Made by a program: the position numbers and the translations under genes. Of a DNA stretch of 64,000 bases, positions 18,468 through 26,600 are shown piece after piece (positions within the stretch are counted from its first letter, which is position 1; each line of letters begins with the position of its first letter). Below the pieces are notes generated by a model. The model was not told the origin of the DNA. It ran no database searches and saw nothing but the letters and a program-made list of their open reading frames with translations. The stretch spans positions 538 to 64,537 of the forward strand of contig JAYUUO010000001.1 in assembly GCA_043754515.1 (NCBI GenBank). Reading direction: 5' to 3'. The DNA is from Armatimonadota bacterium (GTDB lineage: Bacteria; Armatimonadota; Armatimonadia; Armatimonadales; Armatimonadaceae).

Positions 18468-19180
18468 AGCGGGACCGTGAACCCTGCCCCGGCGAGAATA
18501 TCTCGCGCCGGGGCGGTGCGCAAAAACCGGACGAACCCCGCGGCGGCGACTTCGCCGCGCGTCTGCCGCGTGACGACCGCGATATAACGGATGGGAGCGT
18601 GATCCACGCCCGAACGGGCGGCGCATACAACACGCAGTGGTTTGTACCCCCGTGCGTCGGTCGCGAAGATCAGTCCCGCGTCGGCGTTCCCTTGGGCGAC
18701 GGCGTCCGCCGCCTGCCGCACGGAGCCGGTAAATACCAACCGGTTTTGTTCGCGTAGCAGATCGTACACGCCGCGCTTCAGGAGCGTTTCGCGGGCGTAC
18801 CTTCCGGCGGGCACCGCGTCCGGATTGCCAAGCGCGACGCGGAAGCCGTCCGGGAGGTGCGCCAGATCCGCGAACTCCTTCAGCCGGACGCGGGCCGTCG
18901 CCAGTTGCGTCAAGACTAGACTGTTCCCGGCGAACACCACGCGCGTCTCGGCGCGCGCCGCGCCCCGCGCCAGCAGTTCCCTCACCTCCTTCTCGCCCGC
19001 CGACAGGAAAACATCTATCGGCGCGCCCGCCGCGATCTGCCGGGCGAGCGTCCCAGACGCGCCTGAGGTAGCACGTATCTGGGGGGAGGAGCCGAGTTCG
19101 CTCCAGGCGGACGCGATACGCGGTAAAACATCCGACAACGATGATGCGACGGCGACGGTAAGAAATCGGATTTCAGGCAT
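18464..19180 (-). CDS. modA: molybdate-binding protein ModA homolog (no signal peptide seen)
   Basis: LTVAVASSLSDVL...SGASGTLARQIAAGAPIDVFLSAG is the ModA pattern. Start placed at ATG 19180 (MPEIRF...). The upstream in-frame extension is not hydrophobic. Confidence 0.7.
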   Translation of the reverse strand: MPEIRFLTVAVASSLSDVLPRIASAWSELGSSPQIRATSGASGTLARQIAAGAPIDVFLSAGEKEVRELLARGAARAETRVVFAGNSLVLTQLATARVRLKEFADLAHLPDGFRVALGNPDAVPAGRYARETLLKRGVYDLLREQNRLVFTGSVRQAADAVAQGNADAGLIFATDARGYKPLRVVCAARSGVDHAPIRYIAVVTRQTRGEVAAAGFVRFLRTAPARDILAGAGFTVPL

Positions 19181-19754
19181 TGCCCGTCTAGGATACCAGA
19201 TCCGTTGCTCGGGTCGGGTGAGCCGTCCGGGTGGACTCCCTCCCAAAATAGTGATTTGGCTTAGGTTTCTCAGTGCGCTGAAATCATTCTCCATGAAGCT
19301 CCTTTCTGATGAAATGCGTCCCGACGTTGAGCGGATGCTGATAGAAGGCCGTCTACGCATAACCCCTGAGATTGAGTTGCGGTGCGTGACGGAGATAAAC
19401 CGCTACGGCTACGAGTTGGCTTCCGCAAATGTTAAAAGCCGTGATCTGAAGGAAACAGCGCGGGAGCGGGATCCGTGGGTCACGTAGTGCTACCATCCCG
19501 CGGATTTCATGCGTGAGGTATTCGGTTGAGACCCGGACGGGAAGGGGTCCTGAAATACTTCCTGAGTTTAAGAAGGGAACCGGCGGGTGTGCATCGTTCA
19601 CCGCCTACTACGTAGTCTAGGAGACGAGTGGGCACCTGAGCCCGACGTCTCCGATCTTCCGGGACGTGCCCTCGAAGACGCCGGGCTAGGAGGGTGAACT
19701 CCGACGCGGATCGTGGTGGGTGGGTGTTAAATACAATCCGGTGGATTCAATCGG

Positions 19755-19783
19755 TTGACTACTTGCTTATAATGACGTATAAT
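19755..19783 (+). promoter_or_regulatory. near-consensus sigma70 promoter
   Basis: TTGACT (19755-19760), 17 nt, TATAAT (19778-19783), 13 nt before ATG 19796 of the GAF kinase. Confidence 0.55.
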
Positions 19784-19795
19784 AGAACCAGAAAG

Positions 19796-21172
19796 ATGAC
19801 AGAGCACCCTAACGAAACAAGTATTGAAGCGTGTGGCCTGCCGATCCCCCCGGAGACCATGAAGCCCGAGGGGGACGATGATATTCGCTCCCTGTTGTTC
19901 CAGCGGGAGCGGCAGGTCGAGGCGATCCGCCGTGTCAGTGAGACGCTGTTCACGCATCCCGGCACCGACCCGATGGTGCGCGAGACTCTCCGCATCGCGC
20001 TAGATGTCCTCGGTGCGGACGCCGGAACGGTCTACCTGTACGACGCCAAAGACGAGATGTTGGTGTTCCGATATGTAATCGGGGGGGCGGGCGAGCAACT
20101 CATCGGCACCCGCATCCCGGCGGCGAAAGGCATCGCGGGCGCGGTGTTCCACTCCGGCCAGCCGCGACTCGACGGAGACGTCCAGCAGGGCGGCGACTAC
20201 AACGCCGATGTGGAAACGCGCTTCGGCTACCACACCGAAAGCATGATGACCGTGCCTATCAAGCGCGCTAATGCGGCACCGATCGGCGTGATGCAGGTAC
20301 TCAATGCACACATCCCCCCCTTTACCGGGCGGGATTTGGCTGTGATGGAGGTGCTGTGCGCGCAAGCCGCGACAGGCATTGAGTATTTCCAGTTGGTCGA
20401 GTCGGCGCGCAAGACCGAAGTGGTACATGTCATCGGCGACGTCTCGCACGACATAAAGAACATGCTGACGCCGATCACCACCGGCGTGCAGACGCTCGAA
20501 CCGTTACTGGACGACCTGTTCCAGCGTCTCGATGCCCTGCGCGAGCAGTGCCAGGAGCCAGCGGTGGAGGAAGTAGCCCGCGAGATCGAGCGGATCGCCG
20601 CGACGGTGCGACACGACTACGGCTGGATGTTACAAAACGCTCTTTTCGCCGCCGAGCAGATTCAGGCGCGGACCAAGGAGATCGCGGACGCTATCAAGGG
20701 GGAACTGGCACCGCCTTACTTCGAGTCGGCGAACCTGAACGAGACTTGCGAACTGGTTTTGCGGACCTTACGCACCGTGGCCGCCAAGCAAAACATACTG
20801 TTGAACGAGGAGTATGATCCCGATCTGCCGCCCGCCGAGCTCGACCGTAAACAGATGTATAACGCCCTCTACAACTTGGTAAACAACGCCCTGCCGGAGA
20901 CGCCCGATGGGGGAAGCATTACTATAACAACGCGCCGGAGCGGCACCGACTCGATCACCGTTCAGGTGGCGGATACAGGGCGCGGCATCCCCGCGCACGT
21001 GCGCGAACGGCTATTTACCGACGAAGCGGTGTCCACGAAGCCCGGCGGCACCGGACTCGGAACCCGTATCGTAATGGGCGTTGTGCGCCGCCATAATGGG
21101 ACGATCACGGTCGAAAGCGAGATCAGCATCGGCTCCACGTTCACGATCACCCTCCCCATACGCCACGCTTGA
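19796..21172 (+). CDS. GAF-domain sensor histidine kinase
   Basis: GAF region, then H-box VIGDVSHDIKNMLTPI, N-box LVNNALPETP, G1 DTGRGIP and G2 GGTGLGTRIV. Start placed at ATG 19796. Confidence 0.85.
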   Translation: MTEHPNETSIEACGLPIPPETMKPEGDDDIRSLLFQRERQVEAIRRVSETLFTHPGTDPMVRETLRIALDVLGADAGTVYLYDAKDEMLVFRYVIGGAGEQLIGTRIPAAKGIAGAVFHSGQPRLDGDVQQGGDYNADVETRFGYHTESMMTVPIKRANAAPIGVMQVLNAHIPPFTGRDLAVMEVLCAQAATGIEYFQLVESARKTEVVHVIGDVSHDIKNMLTPITTGVQTLEPLLDDLFQRLDALREQCQEPAVEEVAREIERIAATVRHDYGWMLQNALFAAEQIQARTKEIADAIKGELAPPYFESANLNETCELVLRTLRTVAAKQNILLNEEYDPDLPPAELDRKQMYNALYNLVNNALPETPDGGSITITTRRSGTDSITVQVADTGRGIPAHVRERLFTDEAVSTKPGGTGLGTRIVMGVVRRHNGTITVESEISIGSTFTITLPIRHA

Positions 21173-21376
21173 GAGACGGCCGGGGAACGATCCTTTGCCC
21201 TCCCCGCCCCCCGAAATTAATCGTAGTGAAATAATAGACACTCGAAGAAGCAAGGAGAAGTAGCCAGTTACGGAGAAATAGACTCGGGGTCGGGAGCGGA
21301 AGCCCGCTTGTCAACATCGCCGTGGTCATCGCACGACCATATCTAAAGCGGCAGGATGCACCCCGGAGCGATAGTC

Positions 21377-23032
21377 ATGAATATCTCGACTCGTTTTAGA
21401 ACTGCTCGCGAGAGGATCGCCGTTTGCGCCATTCTCTCGCTCTCCCTGCTCGCGGCGGGCGGGATAGCTACCCTGACGGGATGCGGGGGGGGAAGCGACA
21501 CGCCCGCCATGGTAACGCGGACGACGCCGGTGGTGTTCGCCATTAACTGGGCGGCCCGCTCCCGCGCCATCGGGGGACCTGCGTCCGCGCTTTCGGCGGT
21601 GGTCGTACTCAAGGGGGCGGCGGCGGACGGGACGGATCTGACGATCAGCCCCGCGATCAACCGTGATGCCGCGAATCTCGCCGCTTACACGCAGAATATA
21701 ACTTCCGCGAACGTTGCCAAAGTCGGCACGTTCCCGCTACACGTCGAGTTCCACGCGCAGACGAACGGGGCCGGTGATCTGGTCGGCGTCGCGGACGCGA
21801 GCGTTACTCTCGCGAGCGACGGCAGCGGGATCGGCGACATCGCGACCGTAGGGCGTGTCGCGTCGGTCGCAGTCAACGCCGGACAAAGTGTGTCAGTCGG
21901 CGTAACCGGTGCCCTGAACTTCACGGCGAAGGACGGGGGCGGGAATATACTCGCCTTGACACCCGGATCGGCACAGTTCGGCGTTACCGGGGGCGGCGAC
22001 AAGTTGCAGGTTTCTCCGAGCGGCGCGGTGACAGGTGTCGTTGTCGGATCCGCGCAGGTCACGGCCACGGTTGACGGAAAGGTCAGCAGTCCACAAACCG
22101 TGACGGTCGCGTACGTCGGCGGCGGAACGCTTCAAGGTATCTCGGTGCAGAACAACGACGGCACGACTGCGGCATTGCAAGCGGTCGCCGGATCTCTCCC
22201 TACGGACGGTACCGCGCCCGCGCCCGCTGTTGATGGTTCGTCTACCCAGGCGGTTCGCGGCGGTAACGTCCTCGCCTCGGTGCGGACAACGGGTAAGGCG
22301 GATTCGATCCTGGTCGGCGTCGAGGGACAGCCGGATTTCTACCGGGTAAATGTTTCGGGTAGCGGGCGCGGGGCGGCGGTGCCGCTCGCGTCGCTCGCCG
22401 GACGCGATCAGTCGGCGTGCGGCGCGGCGTGCGGGGGCATCGGCAAGAAATATCCGACCGTATCGGTTCGCCCGGTGGGTAGCGCGACGACACGTGACGC
22501 GGGGGGCACGACTTACAACGTCGTGATCTTCCTGCCGATTGACTACGTAGGGACGACGTTCACTATTCTGATAGTCACGGAAACGGGCGGCACCCGTAGC
22601 ATCGTCGCCCGCCTCCCGATCACGATCAATGGAACGGCGCAGGCATCGGGCAAGCTCCAGTTCACGATGACTTGGGGGCAACCGGTTGATCTCGACCTTC
22701 ATGTGATGACTCCGGATGGCGATGAGATTGGTTTTGACCACCGAAATGGTACCAGCGGCGGGGATCTGGATCTGGACTCGAACGCAGCCTGCACGATAGA
22801 CAACGTGGACAACGAGAACATCACCTGGACGACGACCGATCCGAAGGCAGGTACGTATGTGATTCGCCCCGACTACTGGTCGGCGTGTGAGTCTACCGTG
22901 CCCATCCCCTACACGATCCGCGTGAACAAGAACGGCGCGATCAATACGTTCCAGGGCACGTTTCAGCCGAGCGAAGTGGATAGGAACTCGGGGACGAATG
23001 TGGCGCATAACATCAGCATATCGGTTCCGTAG
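21377..23032 (+). CDS. lipoprotein with Ig-like repeats and a C-terminal DLDLHV beta-sandwich-like domain
   Basis: Signal plus lipobox (LLAAGGIATLTGCGGG), Big_2-like segments (VTATVDGKVSSPQTVTV), and C-terminal TWGQPVDLDLHVMTPDGDEIGF...LDLDSN...ENITW...GTYVIRP. Confidence 0.7.
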   Translation: MNISTRFRTARERIAVCAILSLSLLAAGGIATLTGCGGGSDTPAMVTRTTPVVFAINWAARSRAIGGPASALSAVVVLKGAAADGTDLTISPAINRDAANLAAYTQNITSANVAKVGTFPLHVEFHAQTNGAGDLVGVADASVTLASDGSGIGDIATVGRVASVAVNAGQSVSVGVTGALNFTAKDGGGNILALTPGSAQFGVTGGGDKLQVSPSGAVTGVVVGSAQVTATVDGKVSSPQTVTVAYVGGGTLQGISVQNNDGTTAALQAVAGSLPTDGTAPAPAVDGSSTQAVRGGNVLASVRTTGKADSILVGVEGQPDFYRVNVSGSGRGAAVPLASLAGRDQSACGAACGGIGKKYPTVSVRPVGSATTRDAGGTTYNVVIFLPIDYVGTTFTILIVTETGGTRSIVARLPITINGTAQASGKLQFTMTWGQPVDLDLHVMTPDGDEIGFDHRNGTSGGDLDLDSNAACTIDNVDNENITWTTTDPKAGTYVIRPDYWSACESTVPIPYTIRVNKNGAINTFQGTFQPSEVDRNSGTNVAHNISISVP

Positions 23033-23046
23033 GTGGCTACCAGAGT

Positions 23047-23127
23047 GCGGGACGTGAACATTCGCGGTAGGTCGTCGGGAATGTTCACGTCCCGCGCGGT
23101 GTGAACCGCGCCTTTGTCGCGGTTCAC
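23047..23127 (+). terminator. two tandem hairpins after the lipoprotein gene
   Basis: First hairpin: GCGGGACGTGAACATTC, 15 nt, GAATGTTCACGTCCCGC (23047-23095, 17-bp perfect stem). Second hairpin: GTGAACCGCG cctttgt CGCGGTTCAC (23101-23127). Confidence 0.5.
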
Positions 23128-23200
23128 GTCGAACGTATGATTGTTTCCCTTCCGCTTCCGGCAAACTGAAAAGAGTACCATAGGCGGAGGGAAACTTTTT

Positions 23201-23680
23201 GTGAACTCGACTTTGAACAACGAAACCGTCGCCGCTTCCGATAGCGGCACACTCACCATCGAAGGCAAGCGGTTCGGGCGCGGCGCGAAGGCACTGTTCC
23301 CGAACTTCCAGATGCCGCTTCCCGAAGCGTGGAAGAACGGCGCGACGGTCACGGTGCGTGACCTGCTCGACACCGTGGTGCGCTCCGAGGTCGCCGCGTT
23401 TCAAACCCGGCAAGAGGCACGTACCGTGCTACAAACCCTGTCCCCGATCCAGATCGCAGCGGGCGTCGCCAAAGGCAAGATTGACTCGGGCGGGCGCGAG
23501 GACGAGAAGCAGTTCGTGGACGCCGACGAATCCGTCAAGGTCGCGCTATTGGCGTTCGAGGACGGCCTGTACTACGTGCTGATCAACGACGACCAGAAGG
23601 CGAACCTGTCCGACTCGTTCGTGGTCACATCCGATACCCGCGTGACATTCCTGCGCCTCGTCGCGCTGGCGGGAGGATAG
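23201..23680 (+). CDS. hypothetical protein (159 aa), partner of the DUF4132 giant
   Basis: ORF 23141-23680, with start placed at GTG 23201 (GGAGG at 23186-23190). Its stop (23678-23680) is 5 nt before the next ATG, and the next gene's GGGAGGA RBS lies inside its 3' end. Confidence 0.55.
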   Translation: MNSTLNNETVAASDSGTLTIEGKRFGRGAKALFPNFQMPLPEAWKNGATVTVRDLLDTVVRSEVAAFQTRQEARTVLQTLSPIQIAAGVAKGKIDSGGREDEKQFVDADESVKVALLAFEDGLYYVLINDDQKANLSDSFVVTSDTRVTFLRLVALAGG

Positions 23681-23685
23681 CCGCC

Positions 23686-26600
23686 ATGCTAAACCCACAA
23701 CTAGCTGCAGAGCGGCTAAAAGAGTTTTCCGTGGACGGCGGTGTCGCGCTCCAGAAGGCGCGAATCGCAAACTTCCCCGGCGCGTTCCGCGAATCCGCGC
23801 TCGCGTTGCTCGGCCTGAAAAGTGATGGAACACCTTTCATTCAAGAAGGCAACTACAACAGCAATGCGTATCAGGCTTTGAACAAGGCGCGGGACGCGGC
23901 GAACAAGCAACTTGACATGCTCAACGTGGCCGAACTGGAAACATTCTTCGGCGCGTTTTTTCCGCGAATGGGCAGTCTTCTCGCCGCGTGGTGGAAACCA
24001 GAAGGCAGTAGCCTGTATCAGGGCATGAGCAACCGGCGACCGTTCCGCATGGATCGCGGCGCACAAACGGACGAAGCGCGGCAAGAGCGGCGCAACATCC
24101 TGTCAACACTCATCAGTGGCTTTACGCAGTACCAAGAGATGTCGCTCGATTGGTTCGCCGCGTGGGTGCCGTACCTCGGCGCGTATCACGCCGACACTTT
24201 CAGCAAGTTGTTCGCGTTCGCGATTGACCGGAACGACGAACTCGGCGACGCCGTTTTCCACACCCTGCTCGAATCCGGCAAGGGCGAGCACGAGATAGGG
24301 GCGATGGGGCGACATGTCACGCGCGGTCTGCTCTCGGCCTCTCGCGAAGAGGGTTGGGAGTGGGTCGAAAAGCTACTCCTCGCGGCTCAGCGTCAGGAGG
24401 GCTTGCGGCAGTCGGTGCTCGAAGTCATAGACGAGGCGAACCCGCTCGCATTTCGCCGGATGCTCAAACTGATCCGCGAGAACGACCTATTCCGTTTTTC
24501 CGCGACGATCCGCGCCGCCGACACTTGGTTCGGAATGAACTGGGTCGCGTACGAGAAGTTATCCGTCAAAGCCGCGAACGCCGCCACCGAGACAGTGGAA
24601 ACGTTCCTGCTCGATCCCGCCGGGCGCGACGCCGTTCGCGCTGAGACGACGGACGGGCAGACCGTGTACCTCGCGCTATGGGCGACAGCGTTCGACGATG
24701 CGCACGCGGCACTCCGCGCGGCGGTGCCACTTCTCTCCGACCCTCTTCTCGTCCGTCGGTACGCCGCGCTCCATTTGCTGATCGAACTGCGGATGAAAGA
24801 AACGCGACCGGCGATCCTCGCCGCGTTTGACGACCCCGATCTGCGAATGTCACAGAAAGCGTTCGGCGCGGGCAACTGGTACGAAAGCGCGGACGCAGAT
24901 GGCTTCGACGTTCTCGCCGTCATGATGCAGGAGCAGAACGCCCTCGTGACCGAGGCACTGGAGGCGAGTGAAAATAACGCATCCGGGGCGGTGGCGACTT
25001 TCTTCCACGGCTTGAAGGACGCTGTGAGCGGGCTTGTGCAGACGCTTTCCCCTGCGGTCGTGCCCCCACCCCCTAGCCCCCTCCCCCGCTCCGCAGGAGA
25101 GGGGGAACTGGATGCGGAGAGCGTCAGCACCTCGCGGGACGGAACTCCCGCAGGCGAATTTACACTCGCATCCAGTTCCCCCTCTCCTGCGGAGCGGGGG
25201 AGGGGGCTAGGGGGTGGGGGCACGACTGACGACAGGTTCGAGCGCATCGAGCGCAACATCGGGCGGTTCCCGGTTCGTGCCAAAGAACTGGAGCCAGTCA
25301 TTTGGGAGTGGGACAAACTCACCGCCCACGCCGAATCACTCGCGGACCGGTTGCCGAACCTGCTCGGGAAGCGTCCTGTCGAGCGGCTGTTCCCGTTTGT
25401 GAAGATGATGAGTAGCTACGGGCGCTCTACCATCGCCTCCACTATCGCGAACCGCAAAGACAAAACGCCCGAGATGCGCGAACTGCTCTTCGACCTGTTC
25501 GCCGACGCGCAGTCGTACGTCCGCGACGCCGCGCTGAAAGCCGTGGATAAGTTCGACATTACGGAGCCGGAAGCGGAACGGATCGAGGGACTGTTGACGC
25601 GCAAAGCCGCCGATCTGCGTAAGGCGAGTTTGACGCTTCTCCTGAAGCGTGATGATGACGCCGCCCTCGCGTCCGGCGAGCGGCTTACCGCCGCCAGGGA
25701 CAGTAATCAGCGCGTCGCCGGTCTCGATCTCCTGACCCAGATGGTGGAGAGGAAGCGGCAACCGGCGCGGGCGCGAGGCATCGTAACCGCGTTCGTCGCG
25801 GCTCGCGCGGACAAGATCACGCCCGCCGAAAAAGCGATGACGGAGCCGCTTACGAGCGACACGCACGAGAAGGCGACGCTTGAGAACGCACTCGGTCTGC
25901 TCGACATGACGAAGCTCTCCCGCTTCGGCCCGCCGACAATGCCGATCCCCGTGCCTGATTTGGAGGGATGCGCCGCAACACCGATCCTCTACGCTCTTGA
26001 AGCCCTCATCGAAAAGCACAAAGAAGCCGAAGTCAAATCTCCCTACAGCGATGAAGATACTTATCTTCTTGGTACCAATGCATACTGGTTTCCGTCGCCA
26101 CGTATGGATATGCCGCTTGAAACGGACATTGAACGGCTTCCCCTGCGCGACATATGGACGGACTTCTGGCAACAACGCCCTGCCGAACTGCGCGACCCCG
26201 ATGGGCGCGAACTGATGCGAGCGCAGGTCGCCAAAGCCAAAGCGAATGAAAAAAAGTTTAACCACTCGCCCATTATCCTGGACTTGCTAAAATGGTTCGA
26301 GCGGATGGACACCAGCCGCGATCTGCATAGCGATACGGAGTTTATTCTAGCCGCCGCCGAGTATCAGATCGTTAGCGTTCCCGAATCAATTCGCGGCTCG
26401 ACAGCGCACGGGATTATCAAAGGGGAAGCGGTGGATTGGCGTAGCACCATGCGTGGCAAGTGGAACTGGTACGCCGTCTTGCAAGACCATGTCGAAGCGC
26501 ACGGTGATGATTGGACGCCGGAGCAGATTAGTCGTGCCTTCCGTCTCGCGCGGTACGTTGACCGCCCCTACAAGAAAGCGGTCTCGAATCCGGTCCCGTT

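Noticed and set aside
19181-19360. A molybdenum-cofactor (Moco) riboswitch upstream of modA on the minus strand.
   Set aside because: I could not find the conserved C-rich GCCUCCC core followed by GGAAAGG in the right order on the minus strand. The similar-looking strings are on the wrong strand or in the wrong order. The question is left as a cmsearch check only.
24393-25322. A 309-aa antisense ORF that encodes almost the same PSPLPRSAGEGE / SPSPAERGRGLGGGG peptide as the giant gene.
   Set aside because: This mirror effect comes from the perfect 170-bp palindrome. The rest of the ORF is low-complexity antisense sequence.
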